From positions 1,397 to 65,396 of the forward strand of contig CAWFJD010000019.1 of the NCBI GenBank assembly GCA_963816135.1: DNA of 64,000 nucleotides, given 5' to 3'. Numbering within the stretch: the first letter of the stretch is position 1; every line of letters starts with the position of its first letter. Positions 9,501 to 18,481 of this stretch are shown in pieces. Position numbers and translations under genes: made by a program. The notes under the pieces are model-generated. The model was not told the DNA's origin and searched no databases. It saw only the letters and a program-made list of their open reading frames with translations. This DNA comes from an uncultured Chloroflexia bacterium. Lineage in GTDB: Bacteria; Chloroflexota; Limnocylindria; Limnocylindrales; CSP1-4.

Positions 9501-10971
9501 CGGTCCGGATTCGGACGCCTCCAACGCCGTGGTACCGGCTGGTGTGCCGGGCAAGCCGACTGGGGTCTCCGCCTGGCCGGGCGTCGCATCGGCGACTGTC
9601 AGCTGGACGGCGCCTGCGAACAATGGCGCCGCGATCACCGCCTACACCGTCTCGAGCGTGCCCGCCAGTTCCGGCTGCTCGACGAGCTCCAGCAACTGCA
9701 CCGTATCGGGCCTGACCAACGGGGTTTCCTATACGTTCCGGGTCAGCGCTACCAATTCGGTCGGCACAGGGCAGCTCAGCGATCCTTCGGTCGCGGTCAC
9801 GCCGGCGCCCGGCGCCGCTTCGACCTTCCACCCGATCGCGCCCGTCCGGGTACTCGACACGAGAAGCAAGAATGGCTGGGCGAACAAGCTCGTCGCGAAC
9901 AAGGCGATCACGTTCAGGGTCACGAATCGGAATGACACGAGTCCGCAGATCCCCGATGGAGCCAGCGCGGTCACAGGCAACGTCACAGTTGTCGGACCCA
10001 CTAACGGCTGGGCCGTCTACCTCGGGCCTGCGCCGATTGACAAGCCGACTACCTCGACGATCAACTTCGTCGCCGGAGCCGTGGCGGGCAACGGCCTGAC
10101 GGTGGCCCTGGGCTCGGCCGGGACTCTGAGCGCTACCTATATCTCGAGCGGTTCCAGCACGACCGACCTCGTCTTCGACGTGACCGGCTACTTCACCCCC
10201 GACACTACGGGGGCTACTTATCACCCGATCGATCCGGTCCGCGAACTCGATACCAGGGCCGGGAACGGCCTGTTGGGCAAGCTGCAAGCCAACCTTCCCT
10301 ACCGGTTCCAGGTCGCGGGCCGCAATGGCGTCCCCGGGAACGCCGTCGCCATCACGGGCAACGTCACCGTCGTCAACCCGACCAGTGGCTGGGCCATCTT
10401 CCTCGGGCCCAACGATTTCGGTGTGGCGCCGAGAACCTCGACGATCAACTTCTCGGCGGGTGTCGTCGCGGGTAACAACGTGACGGTCGTCCTCGGTGCA
10501 ACTGGCGCTCTGGGCGCCACGTACATCTCGTCCGGCGCCAATTCGACGGACCTTGTTTTCGACGTGACCGGTTACTACACGGCGGATCTGAGCGGGGCGA
10601 TGTTCGTCCCGATCAGTCCGGTCCGGATGGCCGATACCAGGTCAAGGCTCGGCATCGCGACGGGCAAGCTGACCGCCGGCGGACCGGCGGCATTCCCGGT
10701 GGCCGGTCTCGCGGGAATACCCGCCCAAGCCGCCAGCGTCACGGGCAACGTCACCGTCGTGAACCAGACTGCCGGCTGGGCCCTGTTCGTCGGTCCGAAT
10801 CCGGTATCCGCGCCGACCACGAGCACGATCAACTTCGCGCCAGGCGAAGTCAAAGGAAACGGCCTGACCGTAGCCCTGGGGTCAGACGGGAAGCTATACA
10901 CCACCTACATCAGTTCAGGCGGCAACAAGGCCGACGTCGTCTTCGACGTCACGGGTTACTTCACGAAGTAG
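6589..10971 (+). CDS. Secreted 1460-aa multidomain protein: Cys-loop PQQ/BamB-like beta-propeller, Ig-like and carboxypeptidase-regulatory-like repeats, 2x fibronectin type III, 3x uncharacterised ~125-aa C-terminal modules
   Basis: Signal peptide ..LLVATTQPAHA/LA. Seven blades with GVVY.. and GC-x6-C-xPxWT (aa ~133-515). GVVTD..TDGNGQWSV..PPGTYSLYF type repeats. Two ATVSWTAP..ITGYTV FN3 units. Three modules beginning (Y/F)(H/V)PIxPVRxxDTR. Intact 4.4-kb ORF. Confidence 0.9.
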   Translation: MTTVAFGRFLRRSLLLGTIALLVATTQPAHALAKSPEPSAAATTTPTVTTPPVVTPSPVASATMAPRARVPGAKPQSTPDPIKAKIAAKAGSRLPILDHETTVPARLPARLRPAGAAVPSSPNVALPAVTTGGWPQFQFDAAHTGYNPSETAISAANVSQLTVAWQASAAGMGPVVADGLVFTSAGSTLNAYPLGCAASGWPYCTPQWTADTGSNPSSTPVVADGVVYIGSNSGKLSAYAVACGTGGGSCSPLWTTTLDLPIGSPVVANGVVYVTTYDGRVYAFPVGCSGAGGSCAPIWTANVDGSASLPAVSNGVVYVGSRNGTLSSFAVGCSSGGGSCSPLWTAKPSSSGASNLSAPVVADGVVYVSAYDGHLYAYAVGCSSGGRSCSPLWTATTGGHIDSPPAVANGVVYIGAEDNKLYAYAAGCNSGGRSCSPIWTATTGGWIYASPSVANGVVYAGSDDDKIYAFAVGCATGGGNCNPLWTVALDSRIETPVAIADGTLVVCAGRLYVLAPPPDHLVLSPARANVVAGFNQYYSAEGFVEGTDIGIVTAHATFAIGGGGSCTSTSWAVCTSSVSGDHVVTGTYGSATGTAILHVNVVLSGVVTDGSAFKPNVEVVAFDPVAGNIYADVFTDGNGQWSVALPPGTYSLYFFVGDRSRASGYLGASGFTFDPARAEAIVVANADLSNLNVVLPPPLHISGSVKGPGSSVLGGIKVFAYDANSFEEMGEATTAMDGTYSMAMAPGDYYVQFEDPGDAYAPGYWSQVGFTQDLMLADPVTVGYIDRIGVDIHMPVGLRIGGVVTDTASRPLGGIEADIFSDAGGLIAIVTTDGTGTYSALVTAGNYYIGFIDLSETYASGYWDGNGFTPDFMAMAAVTVAGDTDGLDVQLPEALGKPTSVHATRGDASATVSWTAPTSTGGAPITGYTVTSSPDGRSCSWASGPLQCTVLSLRNGVAYTFAVAATNVGGDGPDSDASNAVVPAGVPGKPTGVSAWPGVASATVSWTAPANNGAAITAYTVSSVPASSGCSTSSSNCTVSGLTNGVSYTFRVSATNSVGTGQLSDPSVAVTPAPGAASTFHPIAPVRVLDTRSKNGWANKLVANKAITFRVTNRNDTSPQIPDGASAVTGNVTVVGPTNGWAVYLGPAPIDKPTTSTINFVAGAVAGNGLTVALGSAGTLSATYISSGSSTTDLVFDVTGYFTPDTTGATYHPIDPVRELDTRAGNGLLGKLQANLPYRFQVAGRNGVPGNAVAITGNVTVVNPTSGWAIFLGPNDFGVAPRTSTINFSAGVVAGNNVTVVLGATGALGATYISSGANSTDLVFDVTGYYTADLSGAMFVPISPVRMADTRSRLGIATGKLTAGGPAAFPVAGLAGIPAQAASVTGNVTVVNQTAGWALFVGPNPVSAPTTSTINFAPGEVKGNGLTVALGSDGKLYTTYISSGGNKADVVFDVTGYFTK

Positions 10972-11097
10972 TCTCGCGATGGCCGGCGCGACTCGTCGCG
11001 GCCGATCGCGGTCGGCCGCAAAAGGCGCCATTCGACTCTGGCGCCCGGCGGGCCGCCGGCTAGCCTCGAGAGGACAAGCCGGGCAGCGAGGCGTCGA

Positions 11098-11736
11098 GTG
11101 AAGCGGGTCGAACCGTCGGATCAGAAGAGCCTGATCGCGATCGCGAAACGGTCGATCGAGGATGCAGTCTGCGGTGATGGACGCGGACGGCGACGGGCGG
11201 CCGCGAATGACGCGGTCTCCGACGAGGCCGCGCTCGTGCTCTCCGCGGCCCTGCTCGAGCCGGCGGGCGCGTTCGTGACCCTCCGCGAGGACGGCGAACT
11301 GCGCGGTTGCATCGGCCTCCTGCGGTTCGACGTGCCTCTCTGGGAGAACGTCCGAGATGCGGCCGCGGGCGCCGCGCTGAACGATCCCCGCTTCCGACCT
11401 GTCGACCGGGGAGAGCTTCGCCGTCTGGATCTGGAGATCTCCGTCCTGGAGCCGCCGGTGGAGATTCGGGATCCGGCGCTCTTCGAGGCCGGCAGACACG
11501 GGATCGTCGTAGAGCGAGGCCTGCGGCGTGGCCTGTTGCTGCCCCAGGTGGCGCCCGAGATGGGTTGGGGAAACCTCGAGATGCTCGACGGTGTCTGCCG
11601 CAAGGCGGGCCTGCCACCGGATTCCTGGCGGGATCGCGCGACGCGCCTCTACGTGTTCGAGGCGACTTGCTTCGGCGAAACGACCGACGAGCAAGCGGAT
11701 GAGCAGTCTGGCGCGCACGCCCCGACGGCCGATTAG
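11098..11736 (+). CDS. amrA: AmmeMemoRadiSam system protein A (AMMECR1 domain)
   Basis: GAFVTLREDGELRGCIG..NDPRFRPV..LEISVL..HGIVVE..GLLLPQV, typical AMMECR1. GTG start. Confidence 0.9.
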   Translation: MKRVEPSDQKSLIAIAKRSIEDAVCGDGRGRRRAAANDAVSDEAALVLSAALLEPAGAFVTLREDGELRGCIGLLRFDVPLWENVRDAAAGAALNDPRFRPVDRGELRRLDLEISVLEPPVEIRDPALFEAGRHGIVVERGLRRGLLLPQVAPEMGWGNLEMLDGVCRKAGLPPDSWRDRATRLYVFEATCFGETTDEQADEQSGAHAPTAD

Positions 11737-11890
11737 CCTCCGCCCCGTAGGTGGCCGCGGACGCCCTGACCGCGCCGCGGGCGTGGCAGCCGCGTCTCTC
11801 GGAGACGTTCAGATTCAATTCAGCGAGCGGACCAAACATACCTACCAGTTGATGCCGCCGGGTCCCAGAGGGCGGCTCAAGGAGGTATCG

Positions 11891-13021
11891 ATGGTTTTCG
11901 AACAGCGACGGCTCTTCACTCGTCGCGCTGCAACCTCGGTGGCGTCGCTGGCTATCGTCGCCGTCCTTGCAGCCGCATGCTCCTCGGCAACCGGCGTGCT
12001 GTCGAGCAATTCGCCCGTGTCCAACGTCCAGGGCGCGACGCAGACTCCGGTCCCGAGCCAGACCACTTCCAACCAGCCGGTCTCGCTCGCCACGCCCGCC
12101 CCGACCCTCGGCGCCGCCGGCGGCCAGGCCATCGCTCTGCAGGAGCAGATGGTGGCGGTCATCAAGCAGGTCGGTCCCGCGGTGGTCGAGATCTCGACCG
12201 ACTCGGGGCTCGGCTCCGGCGTCATCTATGACAGCAAGGGCGACATCGTCACGAACGCCCACGTCGTCGGCACTTCGAAGACGTTCACCGTGACGCTCTC
12301 CAACGGCAAGTCCTACCCGGGCACCCTGGTCGGCACATTCCAACAGGACGACATCGCGGTCATCAGGATCACCGCCCCCGGCCTTCAGCCCGCGACGTTC
12401 GGCAACTCCGCCAACCTGTCCGTGGGCGACTTCGTCCTCGCGATGGGCAACCCGCTGGGCCTCCAGTCGAGCGTGACCGAAGGCATCGTCAGCGCTCTCT
12501 CGCGCCAGGTCAGCGAGCCCAACGGCAACGCTCTTCCCGACGTCATCCAGACCAGCGCAGCCATCAATCCAGGCAATAGCGGCGGCGCCCTCGTCGATCT
12601 CAACGGCCAGGTCGTCGGCATCCCGACCCTCGCCGCGACCGACCCGCAGCTCGGCGGAAGCGCCCCGGGCATCGGCTTCGCCATCTCCAGCAACCGAGCC
12701 AAGACCATCGCCGATCAGCTCATCGCCACCGGCAAGGTGACCGACACCGGCCGCGCCTACATGGGCGTCAATCTTCAGGATGCCGCGACTTCGGGCGCCG
12801 TGGTCGTCCGAGTCACGAGCGGCAGCCCGGCCGCCAAGGCCGGCCTGGTCGCCGGCGACACGATCACCGCGATCGACGGGACCCAGGTCCCGGACAGCTC
12901 CACGCTCATCGAAGCGGTCGCGGGCCACAAGCCCGGCGACGTGATCAAGCTGACGGTTCAGCATCAGGCCGGCGCGAGCACGACCATCACCCTGACGCTG
13001 GGCACGCTGCCGGCCCAGTAA
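11891..13021 (+). CDS. HtrA/DegP-family S1C serine protease with PDZ domain
   Basis: AAGGAGG RBS before the ATG (M122 of ORF 11528..13021). TM/signal anchor. Catalytic triad contexts TNAHVV, DDIAVI, GNSGGALV. PDZ GSPAAKAGLVAGDTITAIDG. Confidence 0.9.
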   Translation: MVFEQRRLFTRRAATSVASLAIVAVLAAACSSATGVLSSNSPVSNVQGATQTPVPSQTTSNQPVSLATPAPTLGAAGGQAIALQEQMVAVIKQVGPAVVEISTDSGLGSGVIYDSKGDIVTNAHVVGTSKTFTVTLSNGKSYPGTLVGTFQQDDIAVIRITAPGLQPATFGNSANLSVGDFVLAMGNPLGLQSSVTEGIVSALSRQVSEPNGNALPDVIQTSAAINPGNSGGALVDLNGQVVGIPTLAATDPQLGGSAPGIGFAISSNRAKTIADQLIATGKVTDTGRAYMGVNLQDAATSGAVVVRVTSGSPAAKAGLVAGDTITAIDGTQVPDSSTLIEAVAGHKPGDVIKLTVQHQAGASTTITLTLGTLPAQ

Positions 13022-13085
13022 AGGGTTCCTTCTTCGCCAACTGAAGAACAATCGAAGAACAACCGAACAACAGTCGAATAGCCGG

Positions 13086-13114
13086 CGCCGCCCCTCGGGG
13101 CGGCGTTTCGGTTT
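13086..13114. terminator. GC hairpin plus T-tract between the convergent htrA-like and kinase genes (possible bidirectional terminator)
   Basis: cgccgcccc-tcg-ggggcggcg followed by tttcggttt. It lies 65 nt after the protease stop and 40 nt after the kinase stop. Confidence 0.5.
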
Positions 13115-13154
13115 GGGCCGGTCAGGGCGCGGCGCGCCGGCCGACGGACCTCCG

Positions 13155-14325
13155 CTACGACTGGCTCGACTGACCCGAGATCGGGAGCGTGATCAGGATT
13201 TCGGTGCCGCCTTCGTCCGGGAGGCGTGCCGCGATCGTGCCTCCGTGCCCCTCGACGAGGCGACGCGCGATCGCGAGGCCGAGGCCGGATCCGCGGGATT
13301 CGTCCGACTTCGCGAAGCGCTCGAAGAGATGGGGCAGCAGCTCCGGGTCGATGCCCCGGCCGCGATCCGTCACCCGAATCTCGACCAGCGCCGCCCGCCA
13401 TCCGGGCCGAAATCGAGACTGCGCTGCCCGCCGGAGCGTAGCGGAGCGCGTTCGCCACGAGGTTGCCGATGACCTGCCGGATTCGGAGCGGGTCGAGGTC
13501 GATCAGCGGCAGGTCGCCGGCGATCGAGAGCTCGAGCCGAACCTGGCTCTGGGCCGCCAGGCTCTCGAATGAGGCCGCCACTTCGTGGCACAGGATCGAG
13601 AGGTCGGTTGGCTCGGGATGCATGGCCAGCGTGCCCGCTTCGGCGAGGGCCAGGGTCCGCAGATCCTCGACGAGCTTGGTGAGCATCTGGATCTGATCCA
13701 CGGCCGCGGCAAGATGCGCCTCGTCGATCGGATGCACGCCGTCGATCATCGCCTCGAGCTCGCCACGCAAGACCGCCAGCGGCGTCCGAAGCTCGTGGCT
13801 CACGTCGGCCAGGAGCGTTCGCCGCTGCTCTTCGTCGGTCTGGAGGCGGGCGGCCATCGAGTTGAAGGATTCGGTCAGGGCGCGGAGCTCTCGCCAGCTG
13901 CGCCGCGGCACCGCGACCCGGGCCGTGTAGTCGCCGGCTTCCACCTTGCCCGCCGCCTCGATGAGGTCGCCGAACGGGACGGCGAAACGCCGGGCGCCCC
14001 GGCCGAACGTGCCCATGGCGATGAACAGGCCGATGAGGAGGAGCGCGGCCAGGATCCCCGAGGCCGGCTCCCGCAGACCGGTTACGGAGAGGACCTGGGC
14101 CAGGACCAGGATGGGCCCGAGGACGACCAGGGTGATGACGAGCGCCACGCCGATGGCGACGCGGACGAAGAACAGGCGGCGCATCCTGCGCCACGGGAAC
14201 TGCCGCACCGGCGGCCAGGGCTCGTCGGCCGGCCACCAGTCGGGGCGCGGGTGGCTGCCGGGATAGTCCCAGCGGCCGCTCTGGACCGTAGCCTCGCCCG
14301 TGACGGTGGAAGGCTCGCCACGCAT
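13155..14325 (-). pseudogene. Sensor histidine kinase (HAMP-HisKA-HATPase_c), one apparent +1 frameshift near 13390
   Basis: ORF 12964..14325 has 2 TM, HAMP, H-box LLADVSHELRTPLA and N-box VIGNLVANALRYAP. The G1/G2 boxes (VTDRGRGIDPE, GSGLGLAIA) are in ORF 13155..13373 in the next frame. Confidence 0.85.
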
Positions 14326-14440
14326 CTCGCCGTCCGCCGAGGTCTCGGGGCCGTCGTCGGGGCGGCGCCAGTCCCGGCGTCGCCAGTCCGGGCGCGGCCA
14401 GTCCGGCGGAGGCGAGTCCGGGCGCGCGGCCGCTCCTCGC

Positions 14441-15128
14441 TCACTCCTGGTCCTCGGCGAAGCGATAGCCCACGCCGTAGACGGTGAGGACGTAGCGCGG
14501 CCGAGCCGGATCCGGCTCGAGCTTGTGGCGAAGGTTCTTCACGTGGGCGTCGATGGCCCGCTCGTACGTCTCGAAGGCCAGGCCGTGGATGGCGTCGAGG
14601 AGCTGGGCACGGGTGAAGATTCGGCCGGGCTGGCGGGCCAGCGTCAGGAGCAGCTGGAATTCGGTCGGCGTCAGCTCGACCGTTCGCCCGTCCGCCTCGA
14701 CGCGCATTCGGGCGACGTCGATCGCGACGCCGGCAGCCTCGATTTCGATCGCCCGGTTCGCCCTGGCGGTCGACGCGCCGCAGGATGGCGCGGATGCGGG
14801 CTACCAGCTCGCGCGGGCTGAACGGCTTGGTGACGTAGTCGTCCGCCCCGATCTCGAGGCCCAGGATCCTGTCGAGCTCGTCGTCGCGGGCGGTGAGCAT
14901 GACGATCGGGACGGTCGAATCGCGGCGCAGTTCCCGGGCCACGTCGAGGCCGTCCATGCCCGGCAGACCGAGGTCCAGCACCAGGACGTCCGGCTTTCGG
15001 GTGCGGGCCGCGCGCAACGCCGAGGGGCCGTCGGTGGCGGTCAGGACCGCGAATCCGGCGTGCTCGAGATAGTCGCGCGCCAGATCGACGATGCGCGGTT
15101 CGTCGTCGACGACGAGAACGGTCTTCAC
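14441..15128 (-). pseudogene. OmpR/PhoB-type response regulator, one apparent +1 frameshift near 14761
   Basis: Receiver domain VLVVDDE..VLVLDLGLPGMDG..TKPF in ORF 14082..15128. Winged-helix domain (LTPTEFQLL..YGVGYRF) is ORF 14441..14707 in the next frame. Confidence 0.85.
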
Positions 15129-15139
15129 GAGAGGTCATC

Positions 15140-15637
15140 CTAAGGTGCCGCGGCGGCCGAGGCGAGCGGAAAAGAGGAAGAGGAGGCGAGCTCGGTGCCC
15201 GCCTCCTCGGGTGAAGCCGTCAAGCCTGGGGGTGCCGGCCCGCTTTGAGGGTTCGGGCCCGTCGCGGGCGGGTTGCCCTCGTGGGCTCGTCGATGCCAGT
15301 CGTCGAACATTGCCTGGCGGGCCTCATGCCAGGGACCGCGCTGCCAGTCCGAAGGCTGGCCGCCATCCCAGCGGCCGCGATAGCCCCAGCCGCCGTGCCG
15401 GTGGCCGAACGCCCCGAAGGCGACGATCCGGACGATCAGCAGCAGAACGAGGATCGCGACGAAGAACCCGATCACGTGGCTGACCCCAAACGCGCCGCCG
15501 TAGACCCACGGCGAGACGTTGGTCGTCCCTGAAGCTGCGCCCGCCGAATAGCCGGCCGCGTAGGCACCCCCGGTGAGTGCGGCCACGAGCGCAATCAGCA
15601 CCAGGGCGGCAACCACGCGGAAACCGCCGTATCTCAT
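15140..15637 (-). CDS. Small membrane protein with His/Trp/Arg/Gly-rich tail, first gene of the two-component operon
   Basis: AGGAG RBS before the ATG (165-aa tail of ORF 15140..16114). Two predicted TM segments, then GHRHGGWGYRGRWDGG..WHRRAHEG. No family recognised. Confidence 0.6.
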   Translation of the reverse strand: MRYGGFRVVAALVLIALVAALTGGAYAAGYSAGAASGTTNVSPWVYGGAFGVSHVIGFFVAILVLLLIVRIVAFGAFGHRHGGWGYRGRWDGGQPSDWQRGPWHEARQAMFDDWHRRAHEGNPPATGPNPQSGPAPPGLTASPEEAGTELASSSSFPLASAAAAP

Positions 15638-15836
15638 GTCATGGTCTCCTGTCACGCCCGTGGTTTTTCGATGAGCGTCGGCTGGGCGTGACCGCCGACC
15701 TGAGACACAGGCTGACGGCGAGCTATGAAGGACTCGTGAACGCGCTCCGGAGGAGTGGTGGAGTCGCGACGGCCGGCGGGCTGCCCGGCCGCGATCGAGC
15801 GGCGAGGCGCGATGGCGTCTCGGATGGGCCGCCGGT

Positions 15837-17510
15837 TTAGCCCACGTCGCGGCGGCGCACGCCGGCGGCGCCGAGTGCCAATCCGCCGAAAGCGATGACC
15901 AGGCAGGCCGCGACGCCCGCCCAATCCCAGATGCCGACCATCGGCAAGCCCAGGTGGGAGGTGAGAGCCAGCTGGTTGAACCAGTCCGGCAGCTTGAGCG
16001 CGGGACCGAGGAAGTCGATGAGGAACGTCGCGATCGCGAACAGGGCCGCGATCTCGGCCGCCAGCGACGTCCGCCACAGACCGCCGACCGCCAGCCCGAC
16101 TCCGGCCACGGCACCGGCCCAGAGCGCCAGGGTGAGCGCTCCGACCGCGGGGGTCAGGACGTCCCCACCCGCCACGACGACGCCCACGGCGATGCCCGCG
16201 GCAGCCAGGGCGGTCATGACCAGGATCGAGCCGAAGATGCCGATGCCGCCCGTAACCGCCCACTTCACTCGAGTCATCGGCGTGGTGATGAGCATCTCGA
16301 GCTGCCGGTTGCGCTCCTCCGAGGCCCATCCGGCCACGAGAGTCGCAGCCCCGAGGCCGGCGATCACGTAGGCCAGGAAGGTGAACATAAGCTGGAGGAA
16401 GCCGCCCGGAGACGTAACGTCGAACCTGGGAAAGGCGGTCTTGAGGAGATTCTGGAAATCGCCCAAACCCTTGAGCTCACTCGAGAACGAGGCACTCGAA
16501 GCGGCAAGAATCCCGGCGAAGATCGCCAGGCCGATGCCCCATGCGAGCCCCAGCGGCAGGCGCTCGCCGAAAGCCCGGCGCGTCGGCCCGCTCGTCCCGA
16601 GCAGCGTCTCCGGCATGGCCGGTACGGGAATGGCGCTGGCCGTGCCCAGGTCGCGGCGCTGGAAGGCTTCGATGCCGATTGCGAACATGACGACGGCGAG
16701 GATGGCGACCGGGATGAGCGTCGGCCAATCCGAGTGGCCGGCGAGGGGGACCTCGTTGTAGGTCCAGTAGAACGGCGTCAGCAGCGCGATGGGCTGTAGC
16801 CCCGGCAGCACGGTCTGGTAGCCGCTGATGACATAGCCCGCGAGCAGGTAGCCGCCGGCGATGCCGGCTGCGCTCGAACGACCCACGAACGGCGCGAGCG
16901 CCCAGGCAACGGAACCGCAGGCGAGGCCGATCAGGCCGAGCCACAGCGCGAAGCCGATCGACTCCGAGACGGCCAGGTGGTCCTGCGGGGTGACCGAGAA
17001 GGCGGCCGAACTGAGAGAGGTGACTATCGCGAGGGCGATCATGATCGCGACCATGCCGGTGACATGGGCCGCGAGCTTCTCGATGGCGAGCCGCCGCTTG
17101 CCGAACGGCGATGCGGCCACGATGTCCAGGCTGCCCTTGCGGGCTTCGGCGGCGAGAGTCCCGGACAGCGCGAGGATCGACCACAGGCCCACGACCACGG
17201 CGAAGAAGGGCCCGTACTTCCAGGAGATGTAGCCGCCGATCCGGTCGATGTTGACCGGATTCCCGCCCATGCCCTTGAGGATCGGGGGCAGGTCCTCGAT
17301 CAGCTTGGCGGCCTGGCCCCTGTCCGGAAGAGCCAGAGGGATGGCGTACCAGCCGTAGACCATCAGGCCCAGAAGCAGGCCTCCGACGATCAGAAAGGCC
17401 AGTCGGGAATCCCGGAGCGTCTTGGCGTAGACGCTGCCAAAGCCGTAGAAGCGGCTCCAGAGAGAGACGTGACCGGGAGCGGCCAGCGGCGCCGCCTGCG
17501 TTGCCATCAC
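15837..17510 (-). CDS. ABC transporter permease (ABC-2 type, fused ~12 TM)
   Basis: 557-aa polytopic ORF whose start overlaps the upstream ATPase stop by 4 nt. Hydrophobic repeats are typical of ABC-2 exporters. Confidence 0.85.
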   Translation of the reverse strand: MMATQAAPLAAPGHVSLWSRFYGFGSVYAKTLRDSRLAFLIVGGLLLGLMVYGWYAIPLALPDRGQAAKLIEDLPPILKGMGGNPVNIDRIGGYISWKYGPFFAVVVGLWSILALSGTLAAEARKGSLDIVAASPFGKRRLAIEKLAAHVTGMVAIMIALAIVTSLSSAAFSVTPQDHLAVSESIGFALWLGLIGLACGSVAWALAPFVGRSSAAGIAGGYLLAGYVISGYQTVLPGLQPIALLTPFYWTYNEVPLAGHSDWPTLIPVAILAVVMFAIGIEAFQRRDLGTASAIPVPAMPETLLGTSGPTRRAFGERLPLGLAWGIGLAIFAGILAASSASFSSELKGLGDFQNLLKTAFPRFDVTSPGGFLQLMFTFLAYVIAGLGAATLVAGWASEERNRQLEMLITTPMTRVKWAVTGGIGIFGSILVMTALAAAGIAVGVVVAGGDVLTPAVGALTLALWAGAVAGVGLAVGGLWRTSLAAEIAALFAIATFLIDFLGPALKLPDWFNQLALTSHLGLPMVGIWDWAGVAACLVIAFGGLALGAAGVRRRDVG

Positions 17511-18436
17511 TTGACCTCCGCCGGGGTCGACGTCCCCGCGGCAACGGATTCGGCACGCCCGTACTGGGCCAGGAACGTCTCTTCGAGGCTGGGCTCGCGG
17601 CTCAGGAAATCGGTCACTCCGAGGCGTGCCGCGACCTGGACCACCGGGGTGATCGGGCCGAAGACTCGGAGGCGGATCGTATGGTCGGTGGCCTCAACGT
17701 CGCTGACGCCTTCGAGCTTCTGGAATTCTTCGATGGGGGCGTCTCCCGGGAACCGCATCTCGACCTGGTGATGGGCGAGATCCCGCAGCGCATCGACGCG
17801 ATCCACCTGGACCAGCCGGCCGTCTCGGATGATGGCCACCCGATCGCAGCTGCGCTCGACTTCACTGAGGATGTGGCTGGAGAGGAAGACCGTGGCGCCG
17901 TCCTTGACGTGCTCGCGGACGATGTTGAAGAACGTCTGCTGGACCAGCGGGTCGAGCCCCGACGTCGGCTCGTCGAGCATCAGCAGTTCGGGTTTGTGCT
18001 GCAGCGCCGCGACCAGGCCGATCTTCTGCTTGTTGCCCTTGGAGTACTCGCGGAAACGCCGCTTCGGGTCGATCTCGAAGCGCTCGATCAACTGGGCCTG
18101 GTAGGCCCGATCCACGCCGCCCCGCAGGTTGCCGAAATACTGGAGCGTCTGGCCGCCGGTCAATCGGTCGTAGAGGGTGAACTCGCCCGGCAGATAGCCG
18201 ACGCGCTTGTGGATGGCTGCCGGATCGGCCGACGATTCGATGTCGAACACGTAGGCCTTGCCGCTGGTCGGCCGGATGAGGTCAAGGAGCGTCCGAATCG
18301 TGGTCGTCTTGCCCGCGCCGTTCGGTCCGAGGAAGCCGAAAACCTCGCCCCGTTGGACCTCCAGGTCGACGTCGATGATCCCCCGGTGCGTGCCGTAGTT
18401 CTTTGTCAGCTTCTCGGTTCGAATGACCGACGTCAT
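17507..18436 (-). CDS. ABC transporter ATP-binding protein
   Basis: Walker A GPNGAGKTT, signature YSKGNKQK, Walker B LLMLDEPTSGLD, H-loop SSHIL. Confidence 0.93.
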   Translation of the reverse strand: MTSVIRTEKLTKNYGTHRGIIDVDLEVQRGEVFGFLGPNGAGKTTTIRTLLDLIRPTSGKAYVFDIESSADPAAIHKRVGYLPGEFTLYDRLTGGQTLQYFGNLRGGVDRAYQAQLIERFEIDPKRRFREYSKGNKQKIGLVAALQHKPELLMLDEPTSGLDPLVQQTFFNIVREHVKDGATVFLSSHILSEVERSCDRVAIIRDGRLVQVDRVDALRDLAHHQVEMRFPGDAPIEEFQKLEGVSDVEATDHTIRLRVFGPITPVVQVAARLGVTDFLSREPSLEETFLAQYGRAESVAAGTSTPAEVK

Positions 18437-18481
18437 CGCCGCTCCTTGCCCGTGTCGTGATTGAGTTTGGTTGCCGCTGGT

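Noticed and set aside
10994-11020. Hairpin GCGGCCGA-tcgcgg-TCGGCCGC after the 1460-aa gene as a terminator.
   Set aside because: It is followed by AAAA rather than a T-tract on the coding strand. amrA follows 80 nt later, so read-through is at least as likely.
11060-13051. Very long ORFs antisense to, or out of frame with, recognised genes. Examples: 11060..13051(-), 19219..20901(-), 42355..44124(+), 51458..53941(+), 62116..63741(-), 23742..25370(+), 8314..9294(-), 28056..29189(+), 4333..5493(+).
   Set aside because: They overlap genes with clear family motifs. Their translations are Arg/Pro/Gly/Ala-rich low-complexity strings with no motifs. Stop-poor shadow frames are expected at this GC content.
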